Below, one piece after another: positions 12,853-21,830 of a stretch of DNA of 64,000 nt. Under the pieces are notes generated by a model. The model searched no databases and was not told where the DNA came from. It saw only the letters and a program-made list of their open reading frames with translations. Position 1 is the first letter of the stretch, and each line of letters opens with the position of its first letter. The translations under genes and the position numbers were made by a program. This DNA comes from Macrostomum lignano (taxonomy: Eukaryota), in NCBI GenBank assembly GCA_002269645.1, contig NIVC01003397.1, positions 1 through 64,000 on the forward strand. Direction: 5' to 3'.

Positions 12853-13032
12853 GTCAAGTTTCGAGCTCCGGTTGTTGTCAGGCAGCGGTAGTTAGGATGT
12901 GGTAGTGCGAATATCTGTCTCCCTCAAAAATATCTTGGGGAATTGGATAGTGTCCATTTGGAGAATTCCTTTTTTAACCATCTCTAACAATAAAAATGAA
13001 AACTCTGTCTGCGTGTGTCTGTCTGTGGACAA

Positions 13033-13079
13033 GGGTTAGGGTTAGGGTTAGGGTTAGGGTTAGGGTTAGGGTTAGGGTT
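13033..13079 (+). repeat. Interstitial telomere-type (TTAGGG)7 array
   Basis: Direct reading. Confidence 0.95.
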
Positions 13080-13269
13080 TCTTCCATACTTTCTCTCTCC
13101 TGATCCTTTTCCACCCTTTCCCTCAGCCACTCCCGACCCCATCTTTTTCTCCTCTGCGCTCCCATTCGCTCACTGTACCCCTCGCGCGCTCCCATTGGCA
13201 GTAACCTCCTCTCAGTTTTTATATTTATTAAATATACCTGATCCAACTTAGGACTCTTTACTAACTAAT

Positions 13270-13308
13270 TGCTCCTGAAGAAGGTTTTAAACCGAAACGC
13301 GTCGAGCA
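13270..13308 (+). ncRNA. Minimal type I hammerhead ribozyme (Penelope pLTR-type)
   Basis: TGCTC-CTGAAGA-A-GGTT-TTA-AACC-GAAAC-GC-GTC-GAGCA: stem I TGCTC/GAGCA, intact core, palindromic stem III ACGCGT, GUC cleavage triplet. Confidence 0.8.
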
Positions 13309-13396
13309 CCAAATCCCTTTTTAGCTACTGTCTTTTTAGCCTTCCTTATTTTAAGTGCTCAGCGGCCGACTGGTCTGACGGATCAGTAATCCTTGT

Positions 13397-13443
13397 CCTA
13401 ACCCTAACCCTAACCCTAACCCTAACCCTAACCCTAACCCTAA
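13397..13443 (-). repeat. Interstitial (CCCTAA)7 array facing the 13033 array
   Basis: Direct reading. Confidence 0.95.
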
Positions 13444-13460
13444 AATTTACTGACATTTGT

Positions 13461-14273
13461 TTAATGAAAAAAATAAAGTAAAATTCTTTTCTCCTTATTA
13501 ATCATGACAAACTGATAGGGTTGGTTCCACTTTTCATAGCATATGTTAACAAATTCCTCCTGTGAAATTGTTCTGTCAGAGTTCTTAGCTAGATATGTAA
13601 TGTGAGCTGGGGCAATGACCTCATTATAAAATCGTTTCAGTCGATCCTGTGGTATGGTTGGGAAAAGGAGAATCAAATTACAGTTACCTCTAATTGTTTT
13701 ATTTGGCAGTTCAAACCAGTTTTGGGCAATGTAAATAACATTGCAGTTATTGTGTCTACCCCGGGTGAAATAATTTTCTATCTGTTTCTGGGGACCGGTC
13801 ATGCAGTCATTAAAGACAATCAGGTGCTTTCTCCCCTTTTCCAGTTCATCAGGTTGAGGTAAGAGTTTAGTTTTAGGATCTATCTGTGGATCTCCATAAG
13901 TGAAAACTTTAATGTTTTGCCACTTTTCATTGTCTGGGATGTGTTTTGCGTATTCAGTGGCTACAACTTCCGGGTTGCTGTTGAGGTCTTTTTGATGTCT
14001 AAAACATTGAATAATATCTTCCTTGTTGAGTTTGTTCTGTAGGCCCGCTACTAGCATTTTATACTCATCTTGATACAGAGTGGGTGAATAGATATGTAGT
14101 GTGTCATAATCGAGGAATCCAGGTCTGAGGAGCATGTTAAAAACTCTGAAGGTTTTCCCTGACCCAGATGAGCCAACAACAATGCATCGGAAGTGCCCTG
14201 GAATTATCTCGTTGTAAGCAAATTTTATCTGATTGCGTGTCCAGTGGGGATGAAAGTCGTTTGTGAAGTCCAT
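13461..14273 (-). CDS. Polinton A32/FtsK-like DNA packaging ATPase
   Basis: Walker A GSSGSGKT, Walker B LIVFND (first Asp is Asn), FTRGRHNNCNVIYIAQ arginine-finger motif; 270 aa open. Confidence 0.92.
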   Translation of the reverse strand: MDFTNDFHPHWTRNQIKFAYNEIIPGHFRCIVVGSSGSGKTFRVFNMLLRPGFLDYDTLHIYSPTLYQDEYKMLVAGLQNKLNKEDIIQCFRHQKDLNSNPEVVATEYAKHIPDNEKWQNIKVFTYGDPQIDPKTKLLPQPDELEKGRKHLIVFNDCMTGPQKQIENYFTRGRHNNCNVIYIAQNWFELPNKTIRGNCNLILLFPTIPQDRLKRFYNEVIAPAHITYLAKNSDRTISQEEFVNICYEKWNQPYQFVMINKEKRILLYFFH

Positions 14274-14317
14274 TTTTTATGTAAAAAAACTTTTTCTTTT
14301 TAAACTTGTGTATTTAA

Positions 14318-14460
14318 GACACGTGTGTCTTTTTCGGGACATGTGTGTCTCTTTGCGGGATGTGTGTGTCTTTTTTCGGGTTGTGTGTGTCTTTTTCGGG
14401 TTGTGTGTATCTCTTTGCGGGACGTGTGTCTTTTTCGGGTTGTGTGTGTCTTTTTTCGAC
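14318..14460. repeat. ~20-bp degenerate tandem repeat (gtgtgtctttttcggg) upstream of the ATPase
   Basis: About 7 units read directly. Confidence 0.8.
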
Positions 14461-14496
14461 TAGTCCTACACCTTTTTACCGTCAGGGTGTACCAAA

Positions 14497-14880
14497 TTAG
14501 TCAAATTTAAAACCGCCTCCTTTCTTATATTCAGCTCTCATCTTGGCATAGATGGCTGGATCGACACTATCTTCACTCGGTGCGAGGGGTTGAATATCTG
14601 GTATTGATTTCCGGGTTTCATGAACCGTATCTTTAATCTTCTTGGCTGCTGTGGCTACACTGCCAGCCTCTTCGGCAACGTTCTTGGTGTTCTCTTTGTT
14701 CTCTCCAATGACCTTAAAAATCTTTGCCCCCTGATGAGCGATCAAATCGGCAAGACCGTTCCCTGAGCGTTCTTTCCTTGGATAGTGGCCTGCAGGGAAA
14801 AGTCCAGATCCGCGTTTAATGAGATTAAGTTCCTCTTTGTCATAGTATTTGTCAATGTCTTTTTCGAAAATAATCGGCAT
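14497..14880 (-). CDS. Small Polinton virion/core-type protein with GxG motifs
   Basis: Intact 127 aa, AAAATG start, RGSGLF, RSGNGLA and terminal KKGGGFK motifs; sits in the morphogenesis cluster. Confidence 0.6.
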   Translation of the reverse strand: MPIIFEKDIDKYYDKEELNLIKRGSGLFPAGHYPRKERSGNGLADLIAHQGAKIFKVIGENKENTKNVAEEAGSVATAAKKIKDTVHETRKSIPDIQPLAPSEDSVDPAIYAKMRAEYKKGGGFKFD

Positions 14881-14895
14881 TTTACTTTAAATAAG

Positions 14896-16138
14896 TTATT
14901 TTTTGTTGAACCGTGAAAGCAGAAGCTCTCTCGCCCGTTTGTCAATATACTTCTTTTCCATCATTTTGTCCAGGATGTTGACAAATTCTTTTCTATTCTC
15001 ATCTTTCATTCCGGTCTTTGCTGCGCCAAGGAGAACAGCTAACCGCTTGTAGAATTCAGGCATGCCTTTTCCAGTTGAAGGTGGTTGGTCTTGAGGTTAT
15101 GGAGTTGGTTGGGCTTGAGGTTGTGGATTTGGTTGGGCTTGTGGCTGCTGGGGAGGTGATGCAAAAGACTGCTCACTTTCAGAGGTGGAACTGTCATGTG
15201 ACGCTTGTCTTTGTTGAGGTGTGAAAACTCTTTGGTTGATTCTATTTATTCGATCTGGAGAGTGTTGTTCTAAGCGTTGCCAGTCTACTGGGTTTTGTTT
15301 CTTATACTCAGCTACTTTGAAGGGGTCTAACTGCTCGAGTTGACTGAGTACTTGTTCTTCTGTGAAATGTTGCGGTTGTTGTGGCGGTTGCTGTTGTTGT
15401 TGTTCTAGATATTTTATGACTTCCGCCTGATCTGGAAAACCAAACCATTGTTCAAAGTATTTGTACTTTTTTGAATCTAGTCAGGTTGACACCGCTATCG
15501 TACATGCCTTTCAGAACTTCTGGGACCGTTAGTATTTCTATATCTCTAGCAAGAGCAAAAGTGACTAGATCTCTATAGTTCCTTAGCTGCTTGTCCGAGA
15601 TTCTCTCTTGGTTTTTGGTCATAAAATTCAGTAAGGTTTCTGTAAAAGGAATGCTCTTAGTTTCTGAGCCTTTGACAACAGAAATATGTTCCTTATTTAT
15701 GTTGATATAATATTCCACTGGTTCATTATAAATATTTTTTCTCCACATACCTATTCCAAATACATATTTTCCATCATGTTCTACACGCTCTACTGGTCCA
15801 AAAATGTTATCTGTCACTTTTAGCTGTTGTGGTTGTGCCTGTGATTGTTGTGATTGTGGTTGTTGCTGTGATTCTTGTGGTTGCGGCTGTATCTGTGGTG
15901 CTTCTGGAATTTTGCCCAAAGCCTTTTGCACCTGGGTTTCCTGTATGTCGTCGATAGTTTCTTTGACCTGATTAATATTTTTCTTCGCTTCTGTGTATCC
16001 AGGTTTGTGAAATTCGGTGGCTGCTTGGACGAATCCATTGTAAGATTGTTGTTCTTTGTTGATTAGTCCGGTAACTCTCTTTTCTGCCTGCGCCAGCTTT
16101 TCTAGTTCAGAGATATGATATGAACTTTTCCGCTTCAT
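14896..16138 (-). pseudogene. Conserved Polinton structural-cluster protein (Q/P-rich), one frameshift and one nonsense codon
   Basis: The 228-aa ORF continues after an A-run frameshift (~15470) through EQWFGFPDQ... to TGKGMPEFYKRLAVLLGAAKTGMKDENRKEFVNILDKM, a Polinton-type RL..L.G C-terminus. Confidence 0.6.
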
Positions 16139-16168
16139 TTTTAAATATTTTTTTTCTTTTGTTGAAAA

Positions 16169-17455
16169 ATGAACGATCTCCTGACACCGGTTTTCGATAA
16201 GATTAACAAGCCTATTTTAAGTGATGACAGCACTATTAAAGCGACTCAGGTAAGAGTTCCCAGTCAGGAAAATCAGAATGAAACTAATTTTGGTCCTGGT
16301 CAAACACTGACATTCACATACAATGGATGTTCGTCTCTGGTTAGTGTGCACAGTCTTAAGAGCGGCTTCAATATGACATTTCAATTCAAGACAAAAGGTG
16401 GAGATGATGCTGCTCATGCTAACGTTGACAAGCATGACGCGGATGTGGCTCTGATCAGTAACTTTTGGGCGTACATGTTCAAGGAGTTTAGTGTATCGAA
16501 TGGGAGCACAGAGTTGGAGCGAATCGCCAACTTTGGAATTGTCTATGACGCTCATCGTTTGATGGAGAATCCGGATTTTATTCAGTTGGGAAGTGGTGCA
16601 GGTTTTATTGCAGATCAAAAAGAAGGAGACACCAATGACAGTGGCTATAAAAAGAGGAAGAAGAGATACAACTATGCTTTGCAAGGTGCTAATGATGCTG
16701 CTAAGAACCCGCTGTATCGGTCTGTTGATGTATTTGTACCACTAAGATTCATGAGTGGATTCTGTAATACATTTAATCGACTGACTAGTAACTTTAGCTA
16801 CACCTTTAAGATGACTAGAGATGATCGCAGTAGAGTGTTGTGGACTGGGGCGGACCACACTAGGATGGATGTGAAGCTAACCGGAATCGAGTTGTATTTG
16901 GAAGTCATTGAGCCAAAGACTGCACTAAAAGCAGACTATCTTAAGGCAATAGAGAAGGACATTGATGTTGCATACACGGCCTACATGTGTCGAGATGAGC
17001 GAAACGAAACTAGAACAAACATCTGCATCAAAGAGGGATCATGCAGCAATCCAAGGTATATCATTATTAACATGAGAAACCTAAATAGCATTATACGCTA
17101 CATGCATGGAGACTTTCGGTCCATTCAGCATGAAATCAGTGATAATCTTTACCCTGCACTGCCAAAAAATGGTGATTTCAGTCAGAACAAGATTAGCAAA
17201 TTTTACAGCGAGTTGGTCGACTTGGCCGTGAAAGAGAACAATGGAAGTGCTATCACTGCTCTTCAATATGGAACTCTATATCCGATGTTTGGCGCTGATG
17301 TGTCTGCCAGACAAATTCCTACTGATAACAGCCCTGTGAATATCGTGACTAACATTGAAAGGACTGCCGCAACAGCCGTGGACCTGTACATTGTCTATGC
17401 ATTTGAGAGGAAGGTGAAGCTTAACATGATCAACAATTCATCCAGTAAAGTTTGA
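16169..17455 (+). CDS. Polinton major capsid protein (double jelly-roll)
   Basis: Intact 428 aa, DDS-type N-terminus, LYPMFGADVS...DLYIVYAFERKVKL C-terminus; lies beside the penton and ATPase genes. Confidence 0.8.
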   Translation: MNDLLTPVFDKINKPILSDDSTIKATQVRVPSQENQNETNFGPGQTLTFTYNGCSSLVSVHSLKSGFNMTFQFKTKGGDDAAHANVDKHDADVALISNFWAYMFKEFSVSNGSTELERIANFGIVYDAHRLMENPDFIQLGSGAGFIADQKEGDTNDSGYKKRKKRYNYALQGANDAAKNPLYRSVDVFVPLRFMSGFCNTFNRLTSNFSYTFKMTRDDRSRVLWTGADHTRMDVKLTGIELYLEVIEPKTALKADYLKAIEKDIDVAYTAYMCRDERNETRTNICIKEGSCSNPRYIIINMRNLNSIIRYMHGDFRSIQHEISDNLYPALPKNGDFSQNKISKFYSELVDLAVKENNGSAITALQYGTLYPMFGADVSARQIPTDNSPVNIVTNIERTAATAVDLYIVYAFERKVKLNMINNSSSKV

Positions 17456-17474
17456 ATAATTTTTTTTCAAAAAA

Positions 17475-18338
17475 ATGGAGGCCATAGCCGAAAGACTAAA
17501 CAACATTGTTTCACACTCTAAGGAGAGCATTCCTATTACAATAACCGGGCGAATTAATGACTCAAACGGGATATTTGTTGAAAAATTAGAGCAGGCGATT
17601 CGCCTGGATCCAGGTGCTAATTACCATGTCTATCTTAACGACTTCACTGGTTAGTCAAACGTTCCCAATGTGATGGCAGCAAATAATAAGTTTCATTACA
17701 AATGGAAACGAGCAGCAGCAGATCCTGTGGCATTCCCTGTGAGCACGCAAAGTGTGGATACCTACAATTACTTTCTAGAAAACGTCTTTACTAAAAGAGG
17801 CCATTTTGAGACACCTGATGCGAGTAAGCCAGAGAAGAAACTATTCCCTGTCAAACTAACCTATGATCTCACTGTAATGAGAGTGGTCATGCAAGTTCAC
17901 AAAGATGCGGAGGTTGAGTTTAAAGATGACACTTGGTATAGGGAATTGGGATTCGAGAAGAAAGTTTATAAGGCTGAATCCACAGCGTGGACCGCCCTTC
18001 AAGCGTCGGGGGCCGTTAGCATGGCCCGGGAAAATGTAAGCGGTTTTTTCTTAGCACCCAATATTGCAGATATTGTAAAGGGTTTAAATATTCTAATCAG
18101 AAGTAATCTTAGTCTTGATTGGGTATTTAAGGGAAAGCGAACGAATATTTTGTACAACATCTCCAACTCTGTAGCTGGAGGACAGATGGTGGTAGAGAAA
18201 CCAAATTCGGTGAAAAGAGTTGTATTGAGTAATAAGGAGATTCACGAGATTGTGCTACAGTTTGAGACTGAAGATGGGTTGGGTGTTGATTTCAACGCTG
18301 AAGAGTTTGTACTGACGTTGATCATTGAGAGAATGTGA
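17475..18338 (+). pseudogene. Polinton minor capsid (penton) protein with one TGG>TAG nonsense at 17652
   Basis: IRLDPGANYHVYLNDFTG*SNVPNVMAANNKFHY and NILYNI...VEKP...IHEIVLQFETEDGLGVDFNAEEFVLTL; same frame across the stop. Confidence 0.8.
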
Positions 18339-18346
18339 GAAAAAAA

Positions 18347-18592
18347 TTACAACTGCCTTATAACTTCTGCAAAGCTATAGTAGCTGTCGTAATCGTTAAT
18401 GACTACTCCATACTTAAGAAACCAGTGAGATTTAAGTGCTAGATTGATAATAGGGACATTGATATCAACGTCGGGCCAATATTTTCTCATGTACTCACTG
18501 CATTCCTTCCTGCATTGGTACTTACTCTTGTAATTAGGCTCGTGCCCCGGGTAGCATTTTGACGTTAATTTGCGGTTGCGTTGAAGTCGCAA
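18347..18592 (-). CDS. Short ORF convergent on penton, probably a truncated Polinton gene
   Basis: Stop lies 9 nt from the penton stop; no recognised motif. Confidence 0.25.
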   Translation of the reverse strand: MRLQRNRKLTSKCYPGHEPNYKSKYQCRKECSEYMRKYWPDVDINVPIINLALKSHWFLKYGVVINDYDSYYSFAEVIRQL

Positions 18593-18976
18593 AAATTACC
18601 TTCGCAAATCTATTCACCCCAGCCCGTCTTCGTTAAAATTGTAGTTTATTTTTGCATAATTAGATGCCAGAGTCAATATACATTAATAGTCATCATTTTG
18701 CTAGCTCAATTATACCCGTAAAACAGCAAAGAAGTAACGTAAAATATTCGTTGAAAGTAGGTTGAAAAATCAACGTCAAACTTTAGTCATTATGGAACCC
18801 AAAATTTGACGTTTCTATGCTGCATTGCTATATAATAACGTAGATTAAATGATTTTATAACACTGAAAAAGTAAGGGAAAAAGTAAGGCTCGTTTTTTTT
18901 AAGTTTTATTTTGTTAATACGTATCATTAAAATCGTATATTTGAATATTTTGTTGCATGATAATCGCTTGGATCAT

Positions 18977-20285
18977 TAAGTGGCGTTGCTTTTTTGCTTA
19001 AGTTTTTATTAAGTAAAGACGTTCTCTGACTGTTTTTACCCTGGTTGCCTCTCTGGTAGCTTGTCTAAGGGTTGTGCGCAATCCGATTGGCTATGCCAAT
19101 TTCTAAGGGTCCGCCCCGGAGGGGCTGTGCCCGTTCTAAAAATAAACCTATTTTTTCTCTCTATATCCAATTTCGGCCCTCGGCCCTGGTTTAGGGGGGG
19201 TGGTGCCCGGAGTGAGTTGTCTCTCTGGACTGCAGTGTGGCTAGGTCGGGACTTGAGCCCCCCGGTCGTACCCGCCCTGCAGGAAAGCATGACCAATTCA
19301 CAAAGGTGTACGGTAGACCCAGTAGACTGCCAGCCCTGAGGCTGAGCACCCGGGCTGCAGGTCGGCAAGCTGCCTGCTTTAGGGCTATGGTGCTCCTCCT
19401 TCTGCCAATCTTTTTTTCTGGGCTGGCATCCCAGCGCTGTTTTATCCCTTAGCTTTGTGCCTTTGTGGCTTTTATTATTTTATTCTTTTATCTGGCCACT
19501 AGAAGCCTTCCAATCTTCGGAGTTATGAGCTCTGCCCTTGCCCGGTCCATCTTGCCCTGTCCTCGGGTCCATCTCCTGGCTCCTGCTGCAAGGTCCCTGC
19601 TTGCGTGTCTCTGGCTCTCATCCTGACAGTGGATTGGTGTCCTGGGAAGGATGTTCGTCCCGAACGGGGACAACCGGCTGAGTCCGGAGTCCTCTTGCCC
19701 TGGGTGCCTCTCTCCCGACCCCTTGGCCTGGCCTCCAATATTGAGCTGGATAGGCGATGCCCTTGGGTTGGTAGCAATAGAGGTGTGTATGTCCGCCTAG
19801 AGTCTCCCCCTCGGATACAAGCCTTCCAGACTCACTCCAAAATAGAGCTGGGTAGCGAAAAGCCTTGAGGCTCGAGACCTACAGTTTATGCGGTTGCTGT
19901 ATAGGATCGCTCTTGGTAAATAGCTGCCCAGACTCTCTCCAATAGTTAGCCCTTTTCCAAGACTTCTGGGTTTCCCCGCTCTTGGACGGCTTTTTCAGTA
20001 ATTCCAATTCTGTTATTTCGCGCACTCCCAAGGACTTGTCTGCTGGGGGTGGCCTGGGTGGACTCGGTCCTAGCACCGTCCCTGATTCCACTGTTGGTTT
20101 GGCGGTGTCTTGTACCGTAGGTTTGGGTCTAACTCGCCCCCCCCGCGCTTTGAGCCGGGTCCAATCCAATTGCATCCATGGGGTATCTCGGGCCCTGGAC
20201 AGATAATGCCTTGGCCCCTGGAAGTGCCCCTCGCGGCAGAGCCCACCCCAGGGCTGATCCGCGGGTCCCCTAGGACCCTTTCGTT
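18977..20285 (-). mobile_element. Degenerate retroelement-like fragment (target of the Gypsy insertion; continues 29241-29275)
   Basis: FQGP...WTRLK resembles an integrase C-terminal GPF/Y tail. Direct repeat AAGTGGCGTTGCTTTTT at 18977 and 29252. Confidence 0.35.
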
Positions 20286-21148
20286 TGATGTGTTCCTTAT
20301 TACCCGACTTTCGATAATCAAGGAACAATCACTTCTAGCTCAACAGCTAGGCAACCCAGTAAGTCAAACGAAGGTATTCAATTACCTTTAATCCGGATTT
20401 GAATTTCTTGAGTAGTTCTCGCTAGGAACTCGTCAGTAGATCTCGTAGATCAGGCGCCTTGATTCTTCAGTTGCTCTGGTCCTGGTTCCTCTTGTACTTC
20501 CGATAAGTTCTTCCGGCCGGTATCTTCCGTCAGGACCAATCAGAGGCCTCGTAGCAACAATGGGTACCCTGCGCCAAAACTGCGGTCTAAATTAAGCCTC
20601 CTTCTTCTAGCAGTGCCTCTATGCACTCTAGGTATAGCTCCGGAAACCACTGATAGTCCTCTAAGATCTATCAGGGGCAGTCCTTCTGGAGACTGCAACC
20701 AATGGAGTCTAAACAGACTCAAGAGTCTCAACAGACTCAAATGGACTCAAGTCTCAATAGACTTGAGCGAGACGTCTCTAACACAACAGGCGCAAATAAG
20801 GAAGGCTTACCGCAACAACTCGACCGAGTCTCGATTGACTTGGTGATCAGGAAGTCCTCCTAAGGCTTCCTCTTCGGAGCGCTCCTCTTCCGTGGGGAGA
20901 ATGGCTCCGGTACCGCTTCAGATCGCTTGTATTTATAGGCAACTTTTTGCTCCAAAATAGTATCATGACAATTCACGTGTTGCGCTAAAAGGGGAAAATG
21001 GCTCATGGCGTATTATTCTGGTAACATCTTTTCTGGTAGCGTGATTCATTCAAAGCTTAGGCGCACATGCGTATACTTACTTACTTATAGTAGTATTATA
21101 CGATTATCTTCTTTTTTTCTGTTTTTGCGGGAGGCAGAACACTCTACA
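20286..21148 (-). repeat. 3' LTR
   Basis: TGTAGAG...CACATCA on the minus strand, TATAAA at ~20935, preceded by the PPT. Confidence 0.95.
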
Positions 21149-21151
21149 AAA

Positions 21152-21163
21152 TCTCCCTTTTTT
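21152..21163 (-). promoter_or_regulatory. Polypurine tract
   Basis: AAAAAAGGGAGA just before the 3' LTR. Confidence 0.8.
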
Positions 21164-21275
21164 ACGAAAAACTCGTCCCGAGTTTTAACAATAAAATAAT
21201 AAAATTCTGTGGTGATCAGTTAATATAGGAAATAAACAATTGATTTTGTGCGCGTCTAGAGAAGCGAGGGATTGG

Positions 21276-21710
21276 TCAAAGCTCTAAAAACTTTTCAGTA
21301 CATATTGCGGTCAAAACTCGAATATCGCGTAGACATCGAGTGGCATCAGGTTTGATACGACACCACTTTCGAAACGTGCAGTCTCGCGGCATACTATTAC
21401 TTAAGGGGCATCCTATAATGCCCCTACTAGCGGTTTGCTTCAAACCGTGCATGCAAATAAAATGTTGGTGGTTACAATATTGAAACGTGCGCCAAGAATA
21501 ACAATAGGCGCATTGTCGCAAACTATCTCTACAGAGGGGACAATTCTGCCATGGCTGAATATAATGTGAATCGCTTAAACATTGTCCGCAAACGTTTTGT
21601 CCGTTGATGCAAATAATCGGTGGCTTGACAGCCAAGTCATCAGTTAAACATATCGGGCAGTCATATAGCTGCTGAGGTTGGGGTGCCTGTTTTGACAGTG
21701 CGTTGCCCAT
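21276..21710 (-). CDS. Accessory N-myristoylated SINA/Siah-like RING protein
   Basis: MGNALS (MGxxxS); CPICL...PPIICINGQNVCGQC...CPLCR; a second Cys/His cluster; located between IN and the PPT. Confidence 0.7.
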   Translation of the reverse strand: MGNALSKQAPQPQQLYDCPICLTDDLAVKPPIICINGQNVCGQCLSDSHYIQPWQNCPLCRDSLRQCAYCYSWRTFQYCNHQHFICMHGLKQTASRGIIGCPLSNSMPRDCTFRKWCRIKPDATRCLRDIRVLTAICTEKFLEL

Positions 21711-21830
21711 AATTGTCGTCAATTTGTCGCTGTTTTTGTGTCGCTCGGATTAGTCGCCTTTTACGACAAGCTTGCGAAGCTGTAGTGCTATTCTTTATCC
21801 CGGTCACTACACGGGGTTGTTCTCGAAACT

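Noticed and set aside
13033-13443. Real chromosome end or integrated minichromosome
   Set aside because: The arrays are short, internal and point inward, the opposite of a linear minichromosome.
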